From contig NC_067400.1 in assembly GCF_016432865.1 (NCBI RefSeq), positions 555,086,001 to 555,150,000 on the forward strand: a DNA stretch of 64,000 nucleotides. Reading direction: 5' to 3'. Source of the DNA: Antechinus flavipes. Lineage: Eukaryota. This document shows, piece by piece, positions 24,191-36,950 of this stretch. The translations under genes were made by a program, and so were the position numbers. Under the pieces are notes generated by a model. The model saw only the letters and a program-made list of their open reading frames with translations, did no database searches and was not told where the DNA came from. Each line of letters starts with the position of its first letter. Positions within the stretch are counted from its first letter, which is position 1.

Positions 24191-25034
24191 TATTAAAAAT
24201 AGCTATCATTTGCATAGGTCTTTCAGATTATAAAACTCTTTACAATTATATAGATGGATAATTATATGTTTTTCTGCACAAAATATCAGAATATGAGATA
24301 TCAGTAAATTTATTTGATTTCTAACAAGATCCCAGAAATTATCAGTAAAGGGATGGTTAGTGAATATATTAGAAAGGAAACCGTGATGATAAAATCTAAA
24401 ATGACTGTACCATGAATGAGTCACAATAGATTTATTTCTTCATTTAAAAAACTGTTCAAAGGAATATATAGTATATAGGTTCTTTCCCTATTACCCAACC
24501 TAGCTATCATGGCCACCAGTCCATAGATGCAATTGAAAGGAATATCAGACAGGTATTGTTCATTACAACTTTATGAATACTGGGAAGATGGATTATACAC
24601 TGGCATCACAGTATTAGAGAAATAGCATTAGGGAAGTCACCCTATGAGCTACTACTGGCAGCCTAGTCTACTAGACTTTGTAGCTGTTCAGCACTGAATG
24701 CTACTTCAGAAGAAAGAAGATATAGTTACCCACGTATTAAAGGCCATAGTCACAAACACTGAAGACTCCAAGAAAGAAAAGGAGTGGATGAAAATACCTA
24801 ATAGAAGCAACCAACTATGAAAATCCAGCAGGAATCAACTAGAAGATAGTTAATATACTGGGTAGGATGGAGAGGTCCAAATCCAGGTCAAAGGCTTTAA
24901 AAAGGGCTAGGGAGCAAGTCATTGGCTCTTGAAGGTTGTGGTCAATTCAGAATACATGTAGAATTAAAGTGTAGAATCAAGGAGGGAGAGAAGGTAATTA
25001 AACAAGGGATAACCAGCCAAATGTGTAGGACAGG

Positions 25035-25265
25035 TAGTTGCTAAAGTGTCCCTAGAGTTAGTAAGACATCTCCTTGAGTTCAAATCTGGGATCAGACACT
25101 AGCAGTGTGATCCTAGGCAAGTCACTGAATCTTATTTGCCTGTTTCCTCATCTATAAAATGAGCTGCAGAAGAAAGTGTCAAATCATTTCAGTATTTTTG
25201 CCAAGAAAACCTCAAATGTAGTCATGTATTCATGACTAAAAAATGACTGAATAACAACAATAAGA
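25035..25265 (+). mobile_element. Mar1-like SINE (paralog at about 41150-41385)
   Basis: gagttcaaatctgg...aaaatgagctgcagaagaaag...tttgccaagaaaacc...catgactaaaaaatgactgaataacaac. Confidence 0.7.
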
Positions 25266-26324
25266 AAAGCCAAAATGGAAGTTGCTGAGGAATACATGAA
25301 AGATAAGGGTGGTCAACAAAGCACTATTATTAAAAAGCAGAGGCAAAATTGGAGATGAAAAAAGCTTATGACCAGAACTTTTGTGAGAGGGAATGTATAA
25401 CACACTGATAATCATTTCAATTCAAATCTTATTCATTCCATGCCTATCTGCCTGGGGAATCTATCATATCTATCATAATTTATCATCTTACACCTAAAGA
25501 GTGTTTTCTTCCTTTCAAAATGTTTGATTTTTGTTCATTTTTTGCCTTTTAACTAATACGACTTTTATAGAATCCCTGAAATCTCAGTTATAGAATCAGC
25601 TTCAGAGATCATGTCTAAAGGATAAGATGAATAGTAATTTTACAATGACCATAAAAGGAAGTTAAAGCAAGTATTATTATTATTTCCACCTAGTCAGTAG
25701 AAAAACAGCTATGAAACTGCAGGCTAAATGATCTCTCAAAGTGAATTAATGAGAGATCTGGTTCCAAGTCTCCCAATTCTGAATCTAGTGCTCCTTTTCT
25801 TATACCATAGTCCTTCTTGCAGATGATAAGAAGACTATCTTTATTAACCAAGACTAAGACTAACCCCTCTGCTCATCTAGGTAGGAAACAAAATTTGTCT
25901 TTGGCAGAATTTTATCTTTTCCCTTTCTTTTTTTCCATCCTGATCTTAACTCCCTATTCATTTTTCAAATTGCACCTCGACATAGGACTCATAAGTTCAT
26001 ACTAAATTGCTCCTGATCTTTCCTTGAACAGTTAGGGTAAGAAGGGGTTCTAGAATTTTGGATTTTCACTCTCTCCTGCCTGCTATCAGCAGTTTTTCTC
26101 TGATTCACTTGCAGTATGGAAGGAATAGCAGAATACTTGTCATGTCTCCCTTCCCATAGACCTTTCTTGTTAGTCAAAGTTATGTTAAAACTAGTTAGTC
26201 AAAGGAATGAATCTCTAATTGCAGTACAGGAGAGACATATTATGGGACAGGGGCAAAGACTTCAAGTTGTGAATGCCAGCTCTCCTTCTGGATAAGGATA
26301 ACAGTGACATTGAGCAGCTAGGAG

Positions 26325-26545
26325 CACTAAGTCTGTAATTAGAAAGATTCATCTTCACATTTTGAAATTTGGTCTCAGACATTTACAGATTATGTGACCC
26401 TGGGCAGCTCATTACCCTTTTTGCTTCAGTTTCTTCATCTATGAAATGAGCTGGAGTAGGAAATGGAGAACCAGTATCATTTTCAAGAAAACCCTCAAAC
26501 AGCTTCACGGAGAGTTGAATACTGCTGAAGTTATTTCATATCCAT
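26325..26545 (+). mobile_element. Mar1-like SINE
   Basis: tgtgaccctgggcag...cagtttcttcatctatgaaatgagctggagtaggaaatgg...aagaaaaccc. Confidence 0.65.
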
Positions 26546-27772
26546 AACAAAACTCACTAACTTGTTTGGTTCTGTCAATCTTCCCATTCTCTTTTGTAAT
26601 GATCCAGGGAACAAAATTGTACTGACTTACTCCAATTCTTCCCAAGACCCCTTACTTACAATAAACAGCTGCTTCCTCCCTTTCTTAGTCTTCCTTCTTT
26701 CAACATGAGTATTAACCTTGATTTTTATTATAGTTAACCTAAATTTCTTTTATCTTACCCTAGGACCAGTCTGGAATTCTTGTGATCCACTCATACATTT
26801 ATATCACATGATTTCTGTATGTCTCTCTTCCACTTATTCATTTTACCTTAGGACAGCTCTTTCACAGCTCTACATTCTAATTATTTGGTTTTATATATAA
26901 ACAAATTATTTTGTCATAGTCCTCTGGTATAAGGAAGGCTCTTCAGGAAGGTTTTAGAGTACCTCTATTGACATTTAGATTCACAGTGCTTTACTCCACA
27001 GTGTAGATGTGGCTGCCAATAGGTTAAATCCTTGTCAAGGTATACAGTTTTTGCCTAAGGAAAATCTTTTAGATTAGGTGGAGATGTTCAGGAAAACAAC
27101 CTCTTAATGAGTTGGAGTGCTGAGCATAACATATAAGACAATAGGAGTCAGTTCAATAAAAAGTTTTATTGCAAGCAAAGGGAAGAGAAGAAAGGGGACA
27201 TAGGAAAGGGGACCAAATATTCAACTTAGGCACATGCAATGCAAAGTATAACTCGCACAAAGACAGGGCTGTATTGGGGATCACAGAAACACAAGTACAT
27301 TTAATTGTATACAAAGCCTTAAAAATTTACTCACCACACATTTATTACTTTTTTTTTTTTCAAGTTAATACTATAGTTTCCCTTAGAGGAGACTGTAATG
27401 GTGGTCTCAAGTCCACTAGCCTGAACTCATCATAACTATTAAACAGAAAAAAAATTAACATGATAGAAAGTTGGTGTGTTTACCTACCAATCAATTGATT
27501 GGTAAAGCAACTAACATTTACTAAAGTTGACTTTGTACAAGCTACTGGGATAGGACCCGGGGATAAAAAAAAAAAAAATGAAAACGCCTTTGTCCTGAAG
27601 ATTGCTAAGAGAATAATGGTGCATGAGCTTAGAAATATTCAACCACATTAGAAGAGTTTTTAGTATGTAGTCTGAGGAGTATGAACTCTGCTCATGAACT
27701 TTTCATGAACTATTCATTGAATTTGGAATGAGAAAACTCAGGCTAATTTCCTATGTTTATGATATATCTAGG

Positions 27773-28010
27773 GGCAGCTAGTGAGTGAGTGCCAGGCCTA
27801 GACTCAAGAAAACTCATGTTCTTTACTTCAAATCTGGCCTTAGATACTTAACTGTGTGACCCTCAGCAAGTCACTTAATCCTGTTTGCCTCAGTTTCTTC
27901 ATCTGTCAAATGAAATGTAGAAGGAAATGGAAAAGTACTCCAGTATTTTTGCCAAGAAAACCCTACATAAAGTCATGAAGCATTGGATATAACAGAAATA
28001 AATGAGCAGT
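27773..28010 (+). mobile_element. Mar1-like SINE (paralog at about 42425-42680)
   Basis: ggggcagctag...caaatctggccttagatactta...gcaagtcacttaatcctgtttgcctcagtttc...tttgccaagaaaaccc. Confidence 0.75.
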
Positions 28011-28029
28011 GACAATATGATTTGTACTT

Positions 28030-30245
28030 TTTAATATAATTTTTTAAAAATTTAAACAAATATAAAATGGGAAAAAAATTAAAAATTGCCATGTACACAC
28101 CATGCCATAGGTGAGGATTCAATAAAAAACAATGAATTCTTATTTACCAATATAATAAATATTACATATCATTTTCAAAGCTGTACAGATTTTCTTTGCT
28201 TTCATATTGGTTTTCTTTTGTTCTCTACATGCAATTTTTATTTTATTTTTTCACCTCCCTCCATTTTCTCCCCCTCAGAAAATTACAAGTAAGCCTGGAA
28301 ACACACACACACATACATATGCACATATACATATATGTGTATATACATATACATACATCCATGGATATCTATAAACATAGATAAAAATATGTATAATTAA
28401 CCAAATATACAATAGACCATACGATGCTTATTTTTATCTGTCATCTGTCATCAAGCCTTTTTTTAAACTGCCCAGCTATAAATGACAGTCATAAAAGAAC
28501 TGGTAATATTTTCATATATAAGAAGTAAACCAATCCACCTTATTGAGTCCCTTATATTTGATCTTTAATGTTTACCTTACATATCTCCTGCATGTTATAT
28601 GTCAATTTTCCTCTTAAATTCAAGGCTTTTTGTCACAAAAAAATTGAAAGTCTTTCAGTTCACTAAATATCTTTTCTTTTTTTTCAGAATTACAGTAATT
28701 TTGCTGGTATGTTATTCTTGGTTGTAACTTCAGCTCTTTTGCTCTATAGAATATAATATTCCATGACTTATTAACAGAGTAAGTGTTAGGTCTTGTGTAA
28801 TCCTTATTGTGGCGTCATGATATTTAATTTTTCTTTCTTCCAGCTTCCAACATTTTTTCCTTAACCTGGGAGCTTTGAAACTTGACTATGATATTCCTTT
28901 CAATTTTTTTCCTTAATTCTCTTTCAGGTAGTGACTTGTGGATGTTTTCTATTTCTGCTTTACTTTCTCATTCTAGAAATTCAAAATGATTTTCCTTGAT
29001 AATATCTTGTAATAGTGTATCAATAGTCTTTTATTTATTGTACTTCAGGAAGTCCAACTATATTTAAAATAGTTCTCCTCAAATTGATCTCTCAATCAAT
29101 TGTTTTTTTCTGACGAAATACCTCTATTTTTTTTTTTTTGGCGTTGTTTTATGATTTCTCATTGTCTTAGAAGGTCATTTACTTCCCCTTGCCCAATTTT
29201 AGTTTTCAAGGAATTGTCTTCTTCCTTGTCTTTTTAAAAATTCTTTATTTCAATCTGATTGACTTTATTTTTATAATTGTTTTGATTTTCTTGGATTTCT
29301 CTTTATTTTATTTTCCTCAATATCTCTTTAATTTTTAAAGTCCTTTTTGTGTTCCTCCAAGAAGACACTTTTCATGCTAGGGACCATTTGACATTTCTCA
29401 TTGAAAAAGGAATGGCTTTTTAAACTCCATTATCTTCCTCAGAATATGTACTTTTCTATCCCCATAATTACTATTAAGATTGGATTCATTTACCTTTGCT
29501 TATTTATTTTTACTTATTTTTTTAATTTTGTGTTTTTAGTAGCAATGAGTAGTCTTAATATGGGGAATGATGTCCTAAATCTCAGGTCCTTCTTACTGTT
29601 ATTACCTGAGCTTTATCTCAGGGCCCACCCTTGACTCTCCTTTTCATTCCTAAGTCACAGCAAGGGCCCTGCCCACAGGCCTACAAATGATTTTTGCTTT
29701 CCGCAGTTTCTCCAGTGGCTGCATACTATAATTGTCCTCTCTGCTTTTGAACTGAAACTAGGGACTCTGTTCTACTGAAAGTGACCATAGCCATCAGGGT
29801 TCCTGACCCTCACTACTGCATTCACCAGATATGTGGTAACTCCTCCCTATAGTCACAGTGCAAGATGTAGCTGTGCTTGGCATTTCTCTACAATGGAAGG
29901 TCCTTCAAATGTCTGCTTATCTGTCAGACCCACATACTGTCTGTAAAATGAAAGTTTCTAAGGTTGAGGCTACCTCTCAACTCATATGCTCCCAGGACTT
30001 GTTGTTTCTTGATTCTGCAGAGTTGGCTTGAGGGTGTTAAGACCAAATTAATTAAGAGCAAAGCTCTATCCTAGGAAGCTGAATCTTTTCTGGGGTCTTC
30101 TCAAATTGTTTTAGAACAACTTTTTACCTCTTATTTATTTCTACTGCTCTAAGGTGATTGTGTGTGTGTGTGTGTGTGTGTGTAGAGAAAATTTGGAAAG
30201 CAGAAAGTTTCCTGGTCTACTTCATCATCTTTCCAGAATCCTCCT
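28030..30245 (-). mobile_element. HAL1-like (ORF1-only L1 relative) element, near full span
   Basis: The 5' end on the minus strand is ggaggattctggaaagatg at 30245. ORF1-like antisense sequence lies at 28680-29400 and an AT-rich 3' end near 28030. No ORF2 is seen. The paralogous remnant is at about 42700-45465. Confidence 0.55.
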
Positions 30246-30726
30246 CACCAATATGATTTACTATGTGGTCTTCAGCAAATCATTTAACCTTTCTTGGTCT
30301 CAGTTTGATTATAGACATAATTAGGAGTTAGTATCCAATAGTCTCTAAGATCTCTTTCAGGAATAAATTTAGATTCGGTGAAAATTACAGATAGGAATTG
30401 TCCTTATTTCTCACTTCTGATCTTTTCTTCTTGGCCTCAAAGTCCACAAAAAAATTTGCCAAAGCAGAAAGATAATTTTTGTTCTATCCACTATTTAATA
30501 TAAAATATAATCCATTGAAAAGGATAATTAGCAGGGTGCTTAGTAGGTATAATGTGGGATAATCACCTTCCAGTGCAAATGCACTTTCAAAGCAGGCTAG
30601 AGACCAGAGAACAACTTAGTCTGTTTTATTAAAACAACAACAACAACAACAATAGCATCAACACCCTAACAACATCAACAACAAACTTCCAGGACCTTCC
30701 TTCCCAGATTCTCCACCAGTCTACCC

Positions 30727-31686
30727 TTAGCGATTGCTACTCAGACTCTGCATAAAACTAAACTTCTTGATAATTCTCTGCCTGATCTGCTTGGTTTTCA
30801 CACTGTAAACAATAGGGTTCATCAGAGGTGGGACCAAAAGATAAACATAGGACATGAGCAAGTGGACAATACGGGGCAGATGCTCACCAAAGCGATGCAC
30901 TAGGGATAAACCAATCATAGGGATATAGAAAAGAAGTACCGCACAGATATGGGAGACACAGGTATTGAGGGCTCGGAGGCGCTCCTCGCGGGAAGCAATG
31001 CTCAGCACTGTACGAAGAATTAGAGCATAGGAGAGAAAGATGAGCAAGGAGTCCACACCCACTGTACAAGCAACCACAAAGAGGCCATAGATATGATTGA
31101 CTATGATGCTAGAGCAGGCCAGTTTCATGATCTCCAGGTGAAGGCAATAAGCATGGGCCAATACATGAGAACGGCAGTAGTGAAAGCGTTTCAGAAGAAA
31201 GGGTAGAGGAAGGATCAGCAGCGCACTGCGCAATACAGAACATAGCCCCATCTTCACTATCCGGCCAGGTGTCAGGAGGGTTCCATATCGCAGTGGGTTA
31301 CAGATAGCCACATAGCGATCTATGGACATGGAGAGCAGCACTGAGGATTCCACCAGGGACAGGGTATGGATGAAGAAGAGCTGAGTGAAGCAGGCAGGGA
31401 TGCCGATCTCTCGAAAATCAAACCAGAAAATGCCCAGCACAGTGGGTAATGTGGAAAAGCACAAACCTAGGTCAGTGAGGGCTAGCATAGCCAGAAAGTA
31501 ATACATAGGCTCATGGAGTGTTGCATCTGTGCGGATGACATGAAGGATGGTGATGTTTCCCACAATTACTGTCAAGTAGATAGTGCAGAAGGGAATGGAG
31601 ATCAAACCATGCAGACTTTCTAGTCCTCTGAATCCAGTCAGGAAGAAGGAGGCTGATTGGAGACTGCTGTTTTCTGAAGTCAACAT
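30727..31686 (-). CDS. OR51G1: Class I olfactory receptor, OR51G1 ortholog, copy A (319 aa, intact)
   Basis: The motifs EIGIPACFTQLFFIHTLS, HAYCLHLEIMKLACSSIIVNHIYGLFVVACTVGVDSLL and HRFGEHLPR match human OR51G1 as recalled. Confidence 0.93.
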   Translation of the reverse strand: MLTSENSSLQSASFFLTGFRGLESLHGLISIPFCTIYLTVIVGNITILHVIRTDATLHEPMYYFLAMLALTDLGLCFSTLPTVLGIFWFDFREIGIPACFTQLFFIHTLSLVESSVLLSMSIDRYVAICNPLRYGTLLTPGRIVKMGLCSVLRSALLILPLPFLLKRFHYCRSHVLAHAYCLHLEIMKLACSSIIVNHIYGLFVVACTVGVDSLLIFLSYALILRTVLSIASREERLRALNTCVSHICAVLLFYIPMIGLSLVHRFGEHLPRIVHLLMSYVYLLVPPLMNPIVYSVKTKQIRQRIIKKFSFMQSLSSNR

Positions 31687-33529
31687 TGTGCTGAAGACTT
31701 GACCTAATAACTTTGAAAAGCAGAATTTGGCTAATCAAGAAAGGGAAGCACTATATTGTCTAACTTGAAGTGAGTGGGGTAGCTGCTTGCCCATTTGAAA
31801 AATATACTAGGGATTCAGTTGACTTTTAAACCTTCTCCCAGAGAGAAGGAGAATCTAGGAATTCCAATTTCTTAATGTTCTTTCCAGTGGCCTAGCTATC
31901 CACTATGCTCACCAGAAAGGCACATGCCATTGGTTCTGGCTTTATGAATGTGAGCTAATACCAAATCCTACTTTTTTTGGGAAATTCTCCCTGAAGACTT
32001 AGTCTATATATGTCTGAAGTTCCCTATTATACATAGTAATCTATACTGAACATTCTGTTCTTGATTCTTATGCTGTCGTTTGAATGTTTATCTTTGAATA
32101 ATTGTATATGTATAGTAAGTGTGTTTATGTTTTTCTGTTTGTAGATGTGCATTTGTGCTGTATATCACCAAGAAAAAATTCAAGCAAGAAAGTATGGACT
32201 GGAAATTAGAGTGCTCTTTCATTAAGAAGACTTGGGTATCATTCATAATTTGAATTATTGGGTGATCTTGAGTGTCTGATTCTTAAATTTCTTTCTTTAA
32301 GCTAGGGGTAATGGATTTAATGTTAACAAAGATTTCTCCCAATCTCAATTTTTTGTTATTCCGTATGTAAACTTCTTGATAGCATGTCTAATATTTCCTT
32401 GTTCCTCCTCCCAATTACTATTTCAAGATTCATTAGATCTAAAATATGAAATCCTTTTCTAATTTGACAGAGATGGAATGTTCAAGTGGGCTGGTTTCTC
32501 ATGGGACTTGGTACTTCAGATGATGAGTTTCTGTACTATTAGGCTAGATAAGGTAAGTTCCTCCTGTATTGTTTCCTTGCTGGATGGATAAGCCCAAAAG
32601 ACTTGCTCTACTATCTCCTACTTCCATATCCAGGAATTTCTCGTGACACTTCTAACCTTTTAAAGTTATCAAAAACATCTCCTTATCAATTCCATCTCTG
32701 AAAACTCATCCATTTAAGATCAAGAAAGTATAAGCACAAATATATGAACAAACAAACAACAAAAAAGAGATGTTTTTTAGGTCATTGCATATTATGGCCC
32801 TGGGGAAAAATATGGGAGTTGTTGCCTCTAGCCAACACAAAAACTTTCTTCACTAGGAAGTATCCAGGGAAGAGTTAACTATTCTCTTCTAGAAATTTCT
32901 GCATACATCCTCAGTTCTACTTCCTTAGTCAATTATTAAATGCTTCCTTGTCATAGCTCCTCTGTCATTTATAACTAAAAGTAGGTCCATCAAGCTTTCA
33001 TATATTAGATTGTAAACAGGAAAGGGATAGTATTCATATTTTTTATAATCAGCCAAAAAGAAAAAAATCTTGCATGTTTTAAGGGTTGGGTCTTTACTGA
33101 GCACTCCTTTCATACCTAAATGATCTTTTATAAACCAAGAGTTACTTGATGTTATGAGTGTCAAGGATCCTCATTGGCCAAACCTTCCCCTTCCATACTT
33201 CAATGAGGTTTGAAGTCTAACTGATTAGCTAAGTAACACTGTCTGGAGAATATCTCAATCTAGATTGTGGGAAAGGACACAGAATACTTTTTTTTAGTAA
33301 TATTGAAAAGGGAAGCATGGGAGGTAGTAACAGTTAGTCTTTTATAAAATCATGCCAGAAGAAACCTCTTCTAGAAACTGGATGAATTCCACAGTTTCAA
33401 CTGAGAGACCTAAGCATAAGTGGTTATCTATAATAGATAGAAATATAGTCAGTGTTGCCTTCTGTCCTTGTCTACCAAAATAATCGGTGCTTTGATCCAG
33501 CTTCAGGAAGGGAAATAAACCATTCTGCT

Positions 33530-34995
33530 GACATGAAAAGAATTGAATGTAATATTCCAGAGAAGAACAAGGAAAGATTTCCTAATGAGCAATGCAAAGA
33601 AATAGAAGAAAACAATAGCATGGGAAAGACAAGAAAACTCTTCAATAAAATTAGAGATATCAAATAAAGGTTTCATGCAAAAATGGGCATGATAAAAGAC
33701 AAAAACATGGCTAATAGTAAGACTAGTGAATGTGTTGGAATTCCAGAGGAGCTATTTAAAAATTTCAAAGATTATTCTGTTGAAGTGCTGTACTCAATGG
33801 GCCTGCAAATTGAGAAAACTCAATAGTGGCCGCTGGATTGGTAAAGATCAATTAATGTGCCAATCATAAATAAGAGCAATGGCAAGGAATGTTCAAATTA
33901 TTGAATAATTGTGTTGATTTCACATGCCAGAACATTTATGCTTAAGATTCTGTAAGCTAGGTTTCAACAATACATAAACAGAGAATCACCAGAATAATAG
34001 GCCAGTTTTGAAACAGACAGGGAACTAATAACTAAATGCCAGCATTTGTTGAATAATGGAGAAAATAAGAGAGGGGGGGAGAGGAGAGGGGGGAAAACTA
34101 CTGCAACTTTATTAGCTATACTACAGTCTTTGTGTTGATAATAATAAAATGTAACAATTCTCAAAGAGATGGGAGAACTAAATCCTCTTACTTGTCTCCT
34201 GAGGAACCTGTGTTCGGGTTAAGAACAACAGAAATAAATATAGATGATTAATTGGTTTAAGATAGGAAAAGGAGTACAACCAGGCTGTATATTGTCAATT
34301 TTTTTGTTTAATGTATACAATGAATATCTCATGAGAAATTCTAGGCTAGATGAATTAACAACTGGAAATAAGGTTGCTGGGAAAAATATCAAGAGTTTCA
34401 GAAAAGCAGATCATACCAAACAAAGCAGATGAGGTTTGAAGTCTAACTGATTAGCTAAGTAATACTGTCTGGAGAATATCTCAATCTAGATTGCAGGAAA
34501 GGACACAGAATATCTTCTTTTAGTAATATTGAAAAGGGAAGCAGAAATTGAAAAGGAATTCATGAAACTTCCTGATTAGTGTGAGAGGATAGTGCAAAAG
34601 CCAGCTTGAAGCTTAAGATGATAGATGGATAGATAGATATATAGGTAGATAGATAAAGATATATACACATATATAAACATATAAATTAATATTTGTAATA
34701 ATAAATAAATATACATATGTATATATAGATACACATATATATTTGTTATATGTATATAACAACAACAACCAAAAAAAACCACTAACATCTTGGCAACTGG
34801 TCCCATATTTTCCTGGCATTTAAAGGGGAAGAAATGGAAGCAGTGTCTGATTTTGTATTTCATATGCTTGGGCCCAAAATTCACTACGTATAATGACTAC
34901 AGTGGTGAAATTAAAATATGCTTGTTTCATAGAAAGAAAGATATGACAAATTTGAGTGATATAAAAAGGGTCAGACATGACTGAATAACTAAACA
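33530..34995 (+). mobile_element. BovB-type RTE LINE, degenerate, with internal deletions, a microsatellite expansion and a 115-bp insertion
   Basis: Peptide FPNEQCKEIEENNSMGKTRKLFNKIRDIK resembles BovB QCKEIEENNRMGKTRDLFKKIRD, followed by RT-like segments and the tail gggtcagacatgactgaataactaaacaac. Confidence 0.8.
34429..34543 (+). repeat. 115-bp direct copy of 33203-33317 embedded in the BovB element
   Basis: atgaggtttgaagtctaactgattagctaag...tattgaaaagggaagca, 6 mismatches in 115 bp. Confidence 0.95.
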
Positions 34996-36950
34996 ACATT
35001 AAAATGACTCCAAAATATGTGACCTAAGGATATATAGCCGTCATTTGCTTATTCAGTCATAACTAAGACAGGAGAACATAGAGTTAAGTGAATGGTTGTG
35101 TCAACAGAAAGCAAATTATCTGATCTATTAGATCATCTGACTTGATTTAGGATTTTTTCCTGTTTTGTAAATGAGCTAAAATATTTTAAACCTGGAAATA
35201 CTTGAAATTCCAATATGTACTAAATTTGATGTCATATTTTTGGGGTATAACTCTAATAAAAAGGCAGAATAGCTGATCTTCACAGAGAAAATCCTGAGGG
35301 GAAGGTGTTGTACAGTATAAATAATTATGAGTTAGTAGAAAAACTTTTAAAATTTGAGGTCAAAAGAGTAGGTTTAAATTAGGCATGTTACTTCATTTCA
35401 GTTTTTTTTTCTCAATAAAATTAGTGGTGGCAATGGTGGGTAGACTTGATTATTTTTAAGATCTTTTCCAGCTTCATATCTATTTTCCTGTCATTTCATG
35501 AGAGTCTTGGCATTAAAGACTTAAAACAATAGGTCATTTAAAAGGAATCTTGCTTCTAGACCAGAATCATCTAGATTATAATGCCCATAAAAGTGAATCA
35601 AGAATTCATTAGATGCATTCTTACGAACAGGTCAACCTAAATTTCTTTGACAGTTTGCCTAGATTCAGAAGCAAAGGATGATTTTGATACTGGGTTTAGG
35701 GAGGCAGAAAATCAGCCTTTATCAAACACCTACCAAATATCTATTATGTGCTTATACTCATAATGTACTAAGAACTTTGGAAGTACCATATTATTTGATC
35801 TTACCCTGTGAAGTAGATTATCATCTTTCATTTATAGTTGAAGAAACTCAGGCAAACTAAAGTGATGTGAATTGCCCAGGATCATTGGTAAGTAGAATCT
35901 TCCTGATTCCAGACCCTGTACTCTACCCTGAGCCACTTTTGCTTTACAAGGCATATGCCTTGTGGATTTAGAGAAATCTTTTCACACTCTCAGACTCAGT
36001 TGCTTTATTTGTAAAATAAGTGGATATTCTAGATAATCTCCATATCTCTTTCAGATTTATTATATATTATATGATTGTAAAGGATAGGTTTTGAAGAGGA
36101 AGAAGGGAACTGAGACCACTGGAAGGTGAATAGGGAAAGCAAGGAGGGTGAGGTGGGGAACTAGAAGTTAATATTTGAAATCTTCCTTCTAATTCAGTAG
36201 TTTCTTTGTGTCTTAAATTATGTCATATCCCACTTAGTACTGGAGCAGCATATAATATTTCAGAGGCATATAAGCATGATTATACACAATATATTTGTAT
36301 ATAATTGTACCTTATGCATCAAATATTCACAAAAGGGCTCACATTTGGTCAAGTTGGACAAATAAGATATAGAAAGCTCATATACCAGGTTTCAGAGAGC
36401 AATCCCTGTTCCTCTCTTCTACAATGAAGCAGATTTCTTAGGACATTTTGCTTCTACATAAAAGAACTGAAGAAATTAAGGGTTAGTTTTCTAGATTTGA
36501 ATTTTATCTCACTTAATGACTTCTATACCTTGGACATAGCATTCTTAATAAGAGGAAGCGGTGGAAAGCATATTGAGAATGGAATGTTATATCCCAATTT
36601 TGCATTATAGCTCTGTGATTTATAAACTTGTAGGATAAAAATTTGAGTAAGTTGTTTAATTTATCTATGCTTCTTTTGCAAAATGGGGATAAGAATATTT
36701 AGCCTCCTCTGAACAATGTTATAAAATTCATAGAAAAATAATTATCGTGAAATATAGTTATTAATTGCAAAATATTTACACACCCCAAGTTAACCCCCAG
36801 AATAAATTTCCATAACCTTTAAATGTCATGTTATTTTCTTTTTTCACATGTGTCTGTCCTGGAGCATGCAAACCATATGGATCTTTCCTTAACTGAATAG
36901 CTACCCATCCCAAGTCTTAACCAGAATTTCCCTTCTTCACAACTCCCTCA

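Larger units (their letters stand above)
12750..24465. repeat. Tandem segmental duplication, OR51G2 unit 2
   Basis: See unit 1. It carries about 6 kb (16410-22650) and about 1.2 kb (23070-24270) that are absent from unit 1. Confidence 0.85.
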
